A stretch of DNA of 64,000 nt from a virus (taxonomy: Duplodnaviria > Caudoviricetes). A model generated the notes under the pieces. The model had not been told where the DNA came from, made no database searches, and was given only the letters and a program-made list of their open reading frames with translations. The translations under genes were made by a program, and so were the position numbers. The stretch covers positions 1,299 to 65,298 of IMG/VR virus record IMGVR_UViG_3300046512_000357; one strand, given 5' to 3'. Below are positions 26,280 through 35,742 of this stretch, piece after piece. The stretch's first letter is position 1. Every line of letters begins with the position of its first letter.

Positions 26280-28910
26280 ATGAGCGCATTTAGCCCTGAA
26301 GAACAGAAACTGCTGGTGCAGGCCGAGTATGGCCAGTTCCTGCGCGAGAAAATCAAGCTGGCCCAGAAGAAGGGCTTCGACGTGCCGCTGGACCAGATCC
26401 ACCCGGGCCTCAAGCCGCACACGCGCGACATCGTGCGCTGGGCGCTCGCGGGCGGCCAGCGTGCCATCTTCGCGTCGTTCGGCCTGCACAAGACCAGCAC
26501 CAACCTGGAGGTGATGCGGCAGATCGGCATTAACCGGCCGGGCGGCATTCGCGGCATCGTGGCGCCGCTCGGCGTGCGCCAAGAGTTCTCCCGCGAGGTG
26601 GCGAAGCGCTTCACCGGTGACCAGGCCGTTGACCTGCGCTTCATCCGCTCCGACGCCGAGATTGACGACCCGGCAACCATCTACATGACGAACTACGAAT
26701 CGGTGCGCGAGGCCAAGGTCAACGTGACGAAGTGGCAGGCGTCCGGCCTGGATGAGGCCAGCGTGCTGCGCAGCTACGGCAGCAAGACGTATCAGGAGTT
26801 CCTACCGATGTTCGAGCCGGTCGAGTTCAAGTTCGTCTACACGGCCACGCCGAGCCCGAACCGCTTCAAGGAACTGATCCACTACGCCGGCTATCTGGGC
26901 GTGATGGACACTGGCCAAGCGCTGACCCGTTTCTTCCAGCGCGACAGTGAGAAGGCCGGCAACCTGACGCTGTACCCGCACAAGGAGCATGAATTTTGGC
27001 TTTGGGTGGCGAGCTGGGCGGTGTTCATCCAGCGCCCGAGCGATCTGGGTCATTCGGACGAGGGCTACGACCTGCCGCCGATCGAGGTCCGGTACCACGA
27101 GGTGCCGAGTAATTACGCGACGGCCGGCGCAGAGAAGAACGGCCAGGGCCTGCTGATCCCGAACGTGGCCATGGGCCTGTCGGCCGCCGCCGGCGAGAAG
27201 CGCAACAGCATGCCGGCGCGCGTGGTCAAGGTGGCCGAGATTATCGCGGCCGCGCCGGAAGATCACTTCGTCGTCTGGCACGACCTGGAAGATGAGCGCC
27301 ACGCCATTCAGGCGGCGATCCCGGCCGCCGTGAGCGTGTGGGGTACGCAGGATCTGGAAGAGCGGGAGCAGCGCATCGCCGACTTCAGCGACGGGAAGTT
27401 TCCGGTGCTGTCGACGAAGCCGATCATCGCCGGTTCCGGCTGCAATTTCCAGGTGCACTGCCATCGTGAGATTTTTGCCGGCATCGGTTTCAAATTTAAC
27501 GACTTCATCCAGGCCATTCACCGTGTCCAGCGCTTCCAGCAGAACCATCCGGTCATTATCGACATTGTGTACACGGAGGTCGAGCGCAAGGTGTTGGAGG
27601 ACCTGCAGGTGAAGTGGCAACAGCACGACGAGATGCAGGCCAAGATGGGCGAGATCATCCGCACCTACGGTCTGGACCAGCTATCGATGCAGGATTCGCT
27701 CGCGCGCACGATCGGCGTGCAGCGCCAGGTGGCCGTGGGCGAACACTTCACGGTTGCGCACAACGACTGCGTGCTTGAGGCGCTGGAGCAGCCTGATAAT
27801 TCCGTCGGCATGATCCTGACGTCGATCCCGTTCGCCAACCATTACGAATACAGCCCGAGCTACAACGACTTCGGCCACACGCAAGACAATGCGCAGTTCT
27901 GGCGCCAGATGGATTTCCTGACGCCGCAGCTGCTGCGCATCTTGCAGCCGGGCCGCATCTACGCCTGCCATGTGAAGGACCGGATCCTGTTCGGCAATGT
28001 CACGGGCGCCGGCGTGCCGACGGTCAGCCCGTTCCACGCCGAGGCGCTGTTCCACGGCCTGAATCACGGCTTCGACTATATGGGCATGATCACGGTGGTG
28101 ACTGACGTGGTGCGCGAGAACAACCAGACCTATCGCCTCGGCTATTCGGAGGTGTGCAAGGATGGCACGAAGATGGGCGTCGGCTCGCCGGAATACATCC
28201 TGCTGTTCCACAAGCCGCAGACCGACCGCGCGCGCGGCTACGCCGACACGCCGGTGACGAAAGCGAAGCCGCAATGCATGGGTGACGATGGCCTGCCGGT
28301 GGACTTTGACCGCACGCTGCCGCCGATTCCCGGCACCGGCTACAGCGTCGCGCGCTGGCAGGTCGATGCGCATGCCTTCTGGCGCTCCAGCGGCAATCGC
28401 TTGCTGGGCGCGGCCGAGCTGGCCAGCTACGGTCCGGCCAAGCTGGCGAAGATGTTCACCGAACTGTCGTTGGCCAACGTCTACGACTATGAGCTGCATG
28501 TGGGTACCGGCGAGCAGATGCTGGCGAACAAGTCGCTGCCGGCCACCTACATGAGCCTGGCGCCGGGCAGCAGCGATCCTATGGTCTGGCACGACATCGT
28601 GCGCATGAAGACACTGAACGGCGCTCAGGCCGCGCGCGCGGTCGAGAATCATGTTTGCCCATTCCAGATCGATATCGTGGACCGCCTGATCGGCCGCTAC
28701 ACGAACCCTGGCGACGTCGTCTACGACCCATTCCATGGCCTCGGCACGGTGGGCGTGCGCGCCGTGAAGCTGGGTCGCAAGGGGCGCGGCTCGGAACTGA
28801 ACGCCGCGTACTTCCGCGACCAGGTGCACTACCTGAAGGAGGCGGAGCGCGAGGCGACCATGCCGACGCTGTTCGACCTGGTGGCGCTGGACCAGGAGAA
28901 TGCATCGTGA
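26280..28910 (+). CDS. SNF2-like helicase fused to N6/N4 DNA methyltransferase
   Basis: FGLHKT, LDEAS, TATPSPN, GCNFQ, IQAIHRVQRF; MTase TSIPF, HVCPFQ, VYDPFHGLGT. Confidence 0.9.
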   Translation: MSAFSPEEQKLLVQAEYGQFLREKIKLAQKKGFDVPLDQIHPGLKPHTRDIVRWALAGGQRAIFASFGLHKTSTNLEVMRQIGINRPGGIRGIVAPLGVRQEFSREVAKRFTGDQAVDLRFIRSDAEIDDPATIYMTNYESVREAKVNVTKWQASGLDEASVLRSYGSKTYQEFLPMFEPVEFKFVYTATPSPNRFKELIHYAGYLGVMDTGQALTRFFQRDSEKAGNLTLYPHKEHEFWLWVASWAVFIQRPSDLGHSDEGYDLPPIEVRYHEVPSNYATAGAEKNGQGLLIPNVAMGLSAAAGEKRNSMPARVVKVAEIIAAAPEDHFVVWHDLEDERHAIQAAIPAAVSVWGTQDLEEREQRIADFSDGKFPVLSTKPIIAGSGCNFQVHCHREIFAGIGFKFNDFIQAIHRVQRFQQNHPVIIDIVYTEVERKVLEDLQVKWQQHDEMQAKMGEIIRTYGLDQLSMQDSLARTIGVQRQVAVGEHFTVAHNDCVLEALEQPDNSVGMILTSIPFANHYEYSPSYNDFGHTQDNAQFWRQMDFLTPQLLRILQPGRIYACHVKDRILFGNVTGAGVPTVSPFHAEALFHGLNHGFDYMGMITVVTDVVRENNQTYRLGYSEVCKDGTKMGVGSPEYILLFHKPQTDRARGYADTPVTKAKPQCMGDDGLPVDFDRTLPPIPGTGYSVARWQVDAHAFWRSSGNRLLGAAELASYGPAKLAKMFTELSLANVYDYELHVGTGEQMLANKSLPATYMSLAPGSSDPMVWHDIVRMKTLNGAQAARAVENHVCPFQIDIVDRLIGRYTNPGDVVYDPFHGLGTVGVRAVKLGRKGRGSELNAAYFRDQVHYLKEAEREATMPTLFDLVALDQENAS

Positions 28911-28918
28911 GGGGGCGA

Positions 28919-29179
28919 ATGAATCGCGACGAATGGCAACAACGCGCGCGCGAGTTGGCCCCGCGCGGGGCGGCGCTGCCGCAAGCGAAGCTGACGGACG
29001 AGGACGTCCTGTCAATTCGCGCAGCGCAGGTGGAGCGCGACGCCCAGCGGCAGCGGATCGCAGCCGAACTGAGCAACGCCGCGCTGGCGCGCCGCTTCGG
29101 TGTGCACGTCCGCACCGTCGAGAAGGTGCTGCAGCGCGATTCGTGGGCCCATCTGCTGCGCACGGAGGCTCGGCGATGA
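28919..29179 (+). CDS. HTH DNA-binding protein
   Basis: AKLTDEDVLSIR...NAALARRFGVHVRTVEKV. Confidence 0.7.
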   Translation: MNRDEWQQRARELAPRGAALPQAKLTDEDVLSIRAAQVERDAQRQRIAAELSNAALARRFGVHVRTVEKVLQRDSWAHLLRTEARR

Positions 29180-30126
29180 ATTACTTCGAGCACCACATTG
29201 GCGACTACGACAAGAACACCTCGCACCTCACCGCGTGCGAGGATGGCATCTATTGCAGGTTGATCCGGCGCTATCTGGACAAGGAAATTCCACTCGATCC
29301 GGATACTGATGAAATAAAACGCGTAGTCCGTGCACGCACCCGCGAAGAAAAAAAATCAGTTGATGCAGTTCTCAAAGAATTTTTTTATCTCGAGGCGGAT
29401 GGCTGGCACCACAAAACGTGCGATGAAATCATCGCCACATACCAAGCCGGCGAGCCGGAGCGCGAGGCTAAAAAGGCCAACGAGGAAACGCGTATGAAAC
29501 GGCATAGGGACGAGCGCGCAGGCCTGTTTGCACAGCTTACGGCGGGCGGCCGGCACGCTTCCTGGAACATCGGAATCAAGGAATTGCGGGCAATGGTGGC
29601 TACGTTGCAAGAGCCGGAAAACCCGGAACCAGTAACGCAACCTGTAACGGCACCTGCAACGCCTGCAACGGCTACCCAAACACCAATACCCACTACCCAT
29701 ACACCATATATAAAACCTTTGTCGGCGAAAACCGCCGACGAGCAGATGGACGGTGGCGAGAGCGTGGTCGCAGAACGGCGCACGAAGCGCCGGCCGTCGC
29801 CGGATGACGAGACGTGTGCTCGCTACTGCTTCGGGTTGGTCAAGCGCCTGGATGCCAGCGCGAAGCCGCCGAACTTCGAAGCATGGGGCAACGACGTCCG
29901 CCTGATGATCGAGCGGGACAAGCGCACCCATCGCGAGATCTGCGAGCTGTTCCTGTGGGCGAACAACGACAGCTTCTGGCAATCGAACATCCTCTCACCG
30001 GCCAAGCTGCGCGAGAAGTGGAATCAGCTGATCATCAAACGCGGCACGCCGCAGAAAGGAGCGGCACATGGAAACTTCGGCTCGCAAGATTACCGCGCAG
30101 GGGTTAGCGAAGATGGCAAGTTCTGA
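29176..30126 (+). CDS. Replication initiator, DUF1376/YdaU N-terminus + O-like C-terminus
   Basis: MNYFEHHIGDY...TSHLT...GIYCRL; WGNDVRLMIERD...FWQSNILSPAKLREKW. Confidence 0.88.
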   Translation: MNYFEHHIGDYDKNTSHLTACEDGIYCRLIRRYLDKEIPLDPDTDEIKRVVRARTREEKKSVDAVLKEFFYLEADGWHHKTCDEIIATYQAGEPEREAKKANEETRMKRHRDERAGLFAQLTAGGRHASWNIGIKELRAMVATLQEPENPEPVTQPVTAPATPATATQTPIPTTHTPYIKPLSAKTADEQMDGGESVVAERRTKRRPSPDDETCARYCFGLVKRLDASAKPPNFEAWGNDVRLMIERDKRTHREICELFLWANNDSFWQSNILSPAKLREKWNQLIIKRGTPQKGAAHGNFGSQDYRAGVSEDGKF

Positions 30127-30895
30127 CCGCCGTGCGCGCTACATGAGCGCCATCCTAGAGACCTGCCAGCAGCACGGCGAATACACATCGCTACTGCTGG
30201 CTGGTGGCTGGTCTGGCTGCGTGCAATGCGAGTACGCAGCCGAGAATGCCGCTGCGGCTGCCGCACAACACTCCTGGCAGGCAGAATTGCGTAGCCGGGC
30301 CTGGGATGCTCGGCTGGGCCGCGCGGCGATTCCTGAGCGCTTTGCGGACCGCCGGCTCGAAACGTACGTGCCGACCTGCCACGACGCCGAGAGGGCGCTG
30401 CGCATCGCCGCGCGCTACGCCGCGAACTTCGCCGCGGTGCGCAAAGCCGGCGCCTGCCTGATCTTCTGCGGCGACGTCGGCACCGGCAAGACGCACATGG
30501 CGATCGGCATCGCGCACTTGGTGCTGGAGCAGGGCGGTCAGCCGGTGTTCACGTCGGTGATGCGGGCGGTGCGGTCGGTCAAGGAGACCTACGCCAAGGG
30601 CAACAGCCGTACCGAGGCGCAGGCCATCGCCGACCTGGTCGATCCTGACCTGCTGATCCTCGACGAGGTCGGCGTCCAGCACGGCACCGACACCGAAAAG
30701 CTGGTGCTGTTCGAGATCATCAACGGGCGTTACGAAGCCGGCCGGCCGACGATCGTGATCAGCAACCTGGCGATCAAGGCGCTCGAGGAATACCTCGGCG
30801 CCCGGGCCTTCGATCGGTTGCGCGAGGGCGGCGGGCAGCTGGTGGTGTGCGACTGGGAGTCGTACCGCAGCCGGCGCGAAGGTGTGGCGGCATGA
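30068..30895 (+). CDS. DnaC/IstB-like helicase loader
   Basis: IPERF, GDVGTGKTH, LLILDEVG, TIVISN, FDRLRE. Confidence 0.92.
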   Translation: METSARKITAQGLAKMASSDRRARYMSAILETCQQHGEYTSLLLAGGWSGCVQCEYAAENAAAAAAQHSWQAELRSRAWDARLGRAAIPERFADRRLETYVPTCHDAERALRIAARYAANFAAVRKAGACLIFCGDVGTGKTHMAIGIAHLVLEQGGQPVFTSVMRAVRSVKETYAKGNSRTEAQAIADLVDPDLLILDEVGVQHGTDTEKLVLFEIINGRYEAGRPTIVISNLAIKALEEYLGARAFDRLREGGGQLVVCDWESYRSRREGVAA

Positions 30896-31302
30896 GCGGG
30901 CGCGACCGCTTTCTGCTGAACCCGCTGGACCTGATGGTCGGCAAGCAGCTGGTCGGCCAGGAGGAGGCCGACAAGACCGCGCTGCTGGTGCTGATCGCGC
31001 TGGACGCGGCGAAGCGCGGTGCCGCGCCGGGCGCGCTGGCCAACACGCTCACGGAGCACCTGTTGACCAGCGCTGCGATCTGGTCGCAGCAGGGAAATCG
31101 CCGGCTCTACGACAAGACGGTGGTGGCTTGGGGGCATCTGCGCAAGGCATGCGCGCGGCCGACGGCGCTGCTCGACTTGACCACGGGCGAGTACGCGGCG
31201 ATTCGGCTGGCGATCAGCTACTACGTCTGCGCGCTGCCGAAGCTTGAGGTAGGCGTGCTGGCGGCCGGCTACGAGAAAGCGTTGCGACAATTGCGCGTTT
31301 GA
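30892..31302 (+). CDS. Hypothetical phage protein
   Basis: ATGA overlap with the DnaC-like gene. Confidence 0.65.
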   Translation: MSGRDRFLLNPLDLMVGKQLVGQEEADKTALLVLIALDAAKRGAAPGALANTLTEHLLTSAAIWSQQGNRRLYDKTVVAWGHLRKACARPTALLDLTTGEYAAIRLAISYYVCALPKLEVGVLAAGYEKALRQLRV

Positions 31303-31379
31303 ACGAATTGCCACATCGACAGTCTAGCGCAACGGCAACAGCTGTGTTAACGTCCAGCCACACCTCTTGGAGTAGCGAA

Positions 31380-31916
31380 ATGGGCTTTGCCGACCGATAC
31401 CTGCACGCCGTCAACTCGTCCGATCTGCGCGACGATGAGCACCACCATGCGACCGATGCGCTGTGCGCGGCGGCGCTGGCCGACACAGCCGGCGCGGGCA
31501 TCGGTTCGTTGCTCTCGCGCGTGAAGTACGCCGATGGCACGCAGCACCAGCTGTTCGAATCCGGCAGCGCCAATTTGGCACAACTGCTGCGCATCTGGAC
31601 CGCGCGCGTGATCGAGAAGGGCCGCGAGCGCAAGTGGGTGCGCGAGGGCACCGCGTGGGATGCGCAGGCCGCCCAAGCGCTTTACCGCCGCGTCGCCGAG
31701 AGGTCGCTCGCGCATTGGTTGGACGGGAAATGCGAGGGGTGCTCGGGCAGCGGCAACACGGCAGACCGACGTATCTGCGTGCCTTGTAAGGGAACTGGTC
31801 GCGGCGAGATCGGTGGCGGAGGGTTCGAGCGCGAGAAGGCACTCGACATGGTGAGTGAGCTGGAAGGACTGCTCCACTCGCATAACGCCCGTGCTGCCAC
31901 TACACTGCGAGGGTAG
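31380..31916 (+). CDS. Late antiterminator Q-like protein
   Basis: WLDGKCEGCSGSG...CVPCKGTG zinc finger; last early gene before the late promoter. Confidence 0.7.
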   Translation: MGFADRYLHAVNSSDLRDDEHHHATDALCAAALADTAGAGIGSLLSRVKYADGTQHQLFESGSANLAQLLRIWTARVIEKGRERKWVREGTAWDAQAAQALYRRVAERSLAHWLDGKCEGCSGSGNTADRRICVPCKGTGRGEIGGGGFEREKALDMVSELEGLLHSHNARAATTLRG

Positions 31917-32123
31917 TTTGAAGAGTTGTTGCAATCACACCGCGCTGGAGTTACAGGATCCTCGTGAGACAGCAAGTGCGCAAGAAACCTCGTTTTTAGG
32001 CTGAGTCATGCGACCAATCTCCGCCGCAGGCGCACTGTCTAAATTGGCGGCTCGTCGAGCGTGACCTGATTGGTGGTGATTTGTTATCGACGTCATTATG
32101 GACGCGTGTGACGCGCTGCCCCC

Positions 32124-32714
32124 CTAATTTATCGAGTTCGATTCCCAACTGGAACGCAAAACGAGCCGCGCCTGTTTGCTTGTGGTTTCAACTTGTTTTG
32201 CATATGCGGTAAGCTCGTCTTGATATTTTCTTCTCTCATCGTCCGGCGGCGCGAAATCCAGTCGGATAAAGAAACTCGTCAGCGCCGACTCGAAGGTTTC
32301 CAGCGTGTTGATTTCCTTGGCTTGGATCGACCAGTTGGAACTCAATGTGGACATGGTTTTGAATATTGGTGCAACGTCCTGAAACGCTGCTGCTGTTGCG
32401 CTGACGATCTCTTTTTTCCCACCGTCCTTAACGGCTGACTTGAGGAGTTTTTCCACCGCGCGCGAAGCGAGAGCTACCTCATCGTTTAATCTATATAGCT
32501 CCGACTGTCGTACTGTTAGGCGAGCTTTGGTAGCATCGCCATTGAGGAAGTGCGCTTCGATTCTGCGCTCAGACTTCTTAAATTGCCACCTCGCTATCAT
32601 CGTAGAGAAAATGACGCCAACGAAAGCTATACAAGCCGCGAACACGGGCGCTGTAGCTTTCCAGAATTCGATGTTATTCCAGATATCGCTTGGATTCGTT
32701 GCGGGTGTAGTCAT
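32124..32714 (-). CDS. Moron, N-terminal TM + helical domain
   Basis: Low GC; GGAGG RBS; APVFAACIAFVGVIFSTMIA. Confidence 0.7.
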   Translation of the reverse strand: MTTPATNPSDIWNNIEFWKATAPVFAACIAFVGVIFSTMIARWQFKKSERRIEAHFLNGDATKARLTVRQSELYRLNDEVALASRAVEKLLKSAVKDGGKKEIVSATAAAFQDVAPIFKTMSTLSSNWSIQAKEINTLETFESALTSFFIRLDFAPPDDERRKYQDELTAYAKQVETTSKQARLVLRSSWESNSIN

Positions 32715-32802
32715 GGGGCCTCCAGGATAGTGGTCTCAATGGAAAGGCGACCCCTCCCTTTTGAGGGGGAGGGCGCCGGTCTTCACATGTGTTGTGGCAG
32801 TT

Positions 32803-33450
32803 CTACAGATTAGGAGTGTAGGTATAGAAAACCACGATCGCCATACGGTTTTTTTCCTTATATCTTATCGACGTTTCCCCGGTCGGCAGTGGCTGATTTG
32901 CGATGATCCCGTCACCAAGCTGTCTGGTGTAAGGCTCGACGGCGATTCCAAGCCCGAGATTGTGACGCTCTTTGAGGCCACCGCGTGGTTTAAATCCCCA
33001 GATGAAACCTAGGGAAACGGAGTCCATTAGCTTCTTGTCACCCAAAAGACTAGCACCGACGAACACCCCAACTTTGCCGCCTAAGTGGTCATTTTCCGTC
33101 AAATACCAATGGCGCTCAAGCATTAAGCGAGGCACCACATCCCGCTCACTGGTTACGCGCACTACACCATTCACCAGCTGCGCCTCGTCGATGGCTTCGC
33201 CGCGCCGTCCTGCTTTGGTGGACACTGAAAGTCCCACACCCCAATCCGCAAAGAAGGAATCGGAGTCTAGCTTGGCTCTAGCATCTTGAGCTTTGACGAG
33301 ATCATCCTTAGCTTTTTGAACGTCGGCATCAGCAGCTTTTTTTTCCGCTTCGGTTGCAACTACGTTGGCCGGTGGCTTTGCGGCTGGCGTTTGTGCAGTT
33401 GCACAGACAGAACTTACCGCAAGCATTAAAAACATTACAATTTTCCCCAT
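32803..33450 (-). CDS. Moron, secreted/outer-membrane beta-rich protein
   Basis: Signal peptide MGKIVMFLMLAVSSVCATA; alternating beta strands; AT-rich promoter region upstream. Confidence 0.75.
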   Translation of the reverse strand: MGKIVMFLMLAVSSVCATAQTPAAKPPANVVATEAEKKAADADVQKAKDDLVKAQDARAKLDSDSFFADWGVGLSVSTKAGRRGEAIDEAQLVNGVVRVTSERDVVPRLMLERHWYLTENDHLGGKVGVFVGASLLGDKKLMDSVSLGFIWGFKPRGGLKERHNLGLGIAVEPYTRQLGDGIIANQPLPTGETSIRYKEKNRMAIVVFYTYTPNL

Positions 33451-33609
33451 TTTGGACCCCTTTGTTTATTATGAAAGAATAACAACAATAATTGCATAAA
33501 TATTCATTCGTCAACAAACATTTGCCATATTTGAATCTGTTGCAACACTTCGGTTTTGATAGCTTCTAGGCGGGTTATGGAGCCGGTTTAGTCAAATATA
33601 TGATTGGGG

Positions 33610-33639
33610 TTGACAATGGGCCAAAAAGCACGTTAACGT
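33610..33639 (+). promoter_or_regulatory. Putative late promoter PR'
   Basis: TTGACA-18 bp-TAACGT, followed ~140 nt later by a strong terminator. Confidence 0.55.
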
Positions 33640-33778
33640 CCAGTCTCACAATTTCACTGCACTCGTAATGCGGGCATAGCCCCACCGATAGCAGCGATCC
33701 GAGGCTAGCACCAACTCCGTTGATGCTTTCACTCGCGTGTACCGCTCACTTCGCAGATAGCGCTGGAGCACCAAACCG

Positions 33779-33806
33779 AACCGCCCTTGTGGCGGTTTTT
33801 CTTTTT
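33779..33806 (+). terminator. tR'-like intrinsic terminator
   Basis: AACCGCC-cttgt-GGCGGTT-TTTCTTTTT. Confidence 0.8.
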
Positions 33807-33828
33807 CCGCATCCGAAGTGAGGCGGCC

Positions 33829-33996
33829 ATGACGCAGACGACAAAGCCCTCCAAGGAAGACGTCCGCGAGTGGTTCGAACGCCGCACGCACGCGCCGCTG
33901 GACCCGCCGCCAAGCCCTGACGAGATCCGTCGCATCCTGGGCTGGCACCTGCTGCCGCAGACCCGCCAGCCGGACCGCGAAGCTATTGGCGAGTAG
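33829..33996 (+). CDS. Small hypothetical protein
   Basis: GAGG RBS; PSKEDVREW...PPSPDEIRRILGW. Confidence 0.6.
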   Translation: MTQTTKPSKEDVREWFERRTHAPLDPPPSPDEIRRILGWHLLPQTRQPDREAIGE

Positions 33997-34013
33997 TGCT
34001 CGGCGCCGTGCTA

Positions 34014-34382
34014 TCAGCCCTCGATTTCGGCGAGCAAAATGTTGAGGTCCGAAGGCTTGACGACATGCGCGTCAAATCCAGCTTGTTTGGCCTTCGCCTT
34101 AGTGTGTTGATCACCCCAAGCGCTAAATGCCACCAATTTAGGCTGCTGAATGCTTGTTAGCTCCCGAATTTTCCGCGCGGTCTCGAAGCCATCAAGTTCT
34201 GGCATGCCTAAGTCGAGGAAAACAATGTTGGGTGCGAAGGCGAGCACAGCCGACAGGCCCGAAAAGCCATCGTACTCGATTTGAGTCATGTAGCCGTGCA
34301 GCAAGAAGAAATCCGACAAAAGGTCGGCAGCATCTCGGTTATCGTCCACGATAAGTACTCGCACTTGTCGAGCTTCAGCCAT
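34014..34382 (-). CDS. Single-domain response regulator (receiver)
   Basis: VLIVDDN, FLDLGMPELDG, AFSAWG, GFDAHVVKP. Confidence 0.93.
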   Translation of the reverse strand: MAEARQVRVLIVDDNRDAADLLSDFFLLHGYMTQIEYDGFSGLSAVLAFAPNIVFLDLGMPELDGFETARKIRELTSIQQPKLVAFSAWGDQHTKAKAKQAGFDAHVVKPSDLNILLAEIEG

Positions 34383-34572
34383 AGGTAAATCCCTCCGTAT
34401 TTTAGAAGGATTTTATTTGCACGGAATTCGTCTGCCCGTCAGCCCACTTCTCTCAAACGGGTAGGATAAAGCCGGATGACTAACATGTGAGCAGGAAACT
34501 GGTGAACGACACCGTCGTCCGCTGCGCTAGCGGCAGAGCTAGACGGCGCGGCGCGTACGCTCTTCAGTTAGC

Positions 34573-34797
34573 TCACAGTATGGCCGCGCTGCAAGCTTTT
34601 AAGTGGTTGTGCTTCAGTTGATAGTACAAAACTGTTTCCCCGGTCGCATGAATCTCTACCGGGTATTCTTCAAACGCAAGAAAAAACTTGGATTCCGCGA
34701 ACGTCAGGCCAACCAATACTTCGTCGCCATCATCGTCGACCGTTAGCGCTTTTCGCAGAACGAGTTCGCTGCGTTGCACGTCTGTTAAATTAAGAAT
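34573..34797 (-). CDS. Hypothetical protein, paralog of 34931..35191 (ATT start inferred)
   Basis: ILNLTDVQR...ALTVDDDGDEVLVGLTFAESKF; GAGGAG 6 nt before ATT. Confidence 0.55.
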   Translation of the reverse strand: MLNLTDVQRSELVLRKALTVDDDGDEVLVGLTFAESKFFLAFEEYPVEIHATGETVLYYQLKHNHLKACSAAIL

Positions 34798-34930
34798 TTC
34801 CGTCTCCTCGGCTGTTCGCGTAGGCCGAATTCTAACCCGCTGGTTGCCGCGTGCAGCAAACAGCGGCGGCAGCAATAATGCGGCGACCGGACAATACCGT
34901 GCCGGGAGGTCGAGAAGACGTCACCAGATG

Positions 34931-35191
34931 CTACTTATCACTGTCTTTGCTTCGCCGAGCGCGAAGCTGGAGCGCGTTCATTTGGCGCGACGCCGTATGT
35001 AGGTTCCGCAACTGTCGGTAAGCCGTCGATTCTGCCGCGCCGACGTTTTGGTCCGCCGTTCTCTCCACGGCTAGCACAAATTGCGATTCATCCACAGTAA
35101 GGCCACGCAGCGTTTCTGCGCCCTGGGCATCGGTTGTTAGCGCATCGTTTGCCTGCAGCATTTTGCGCTCGATTTCCGCGAGATTTAGCAT
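34931..35191 (-). CDS. Hypothetical protein
   Basis: MLNLAEIER...ALTTDAQGAETLRGLTVDESQF. Confidence 0.65.
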   Translation of the reverse strand: MLNLAEIERKMLQANDALTTDAQGAETLRGLTVDESQFVLAVERTADQNVGAAESTAYRQLRNLHTASRQMNALQLRARRSKDSDK

Positions 35192-35459
35192 TCCGCTCTC
35201 CCGAAATAAATGTAAATTTGCAATTAAATATTAGCGCAAAAAATAATCGTTGTCAGCTTGCAGCATTAAATGTGCGATGTGCATGAACCGATGTTGACTC
35301 GGTGTTAGAGAAAGCCGTCCATCGCGCTCCAGCGGGCGGGCTTGAAAAGCGGGCGCAGTCGCTGACGAAACATGACCAGATGGGTCCGGCTGCTGGATGC
35401 GCTGCAAGGCGTCCAGCGGTTCCAGCCTGGAGCGGGCAGCGACAACAAGAGAGAACGCA

Positions 35460-35705
35460 ATGAATAAGCACCAGCACCACACGAACAATGCAGTGCTGGG
35501 CGCACCCAAGGATTGGGACCAGGCGCAGCTGCCGTGCGACGCGCTGCCGATCACCCGCATCGAGGTTGAGGGCATGCCCGCCGTGGTCAGCTACTGGAAG
35601 CCGTCCCAGAACGAACTGGCCATGCTTGCCGCCGGCGGGTCGATCGCGCTGACGGTGCTGGGCATGACGATGCGGCCGGTGATGCTGGCGGTGGACGCGC
35701 AGTAG
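35460..35705 (+). CDS. Conserved phage protein
   Basis: LGAPKDWD...CDALP...VSYWKPS..EL. Confidence 0.7.
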   Translation: MNKHQHHTNNAVLGAPKDWDQAQLPCDALPITRIEVEGMPAVVSYWKPSQNELAMLAAGGSIALTVLGMTMRPVMLAVDAQ

Positions 35706-35742
35706 TGGGCACTGCGGCGCAGCATCGAGCCGGCGGTAACAC

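Noticed and set aside
25521-26582. N-terminal part of the 443-aa - strand ORF
   Set aside because: Shadow of ninG and the methylase; only the last 89 codons (from 25520) have an RBS and promoter
33660-33775. tRNA genes
   Set aside because: CCA-like ends, but no TTCGA T-loop or cloverleaf
35341-35372. CTGACGA and GAAA suggesting a hammerhead ribozyme
   Set aside because: Order and spacing leave no room for the three required stems
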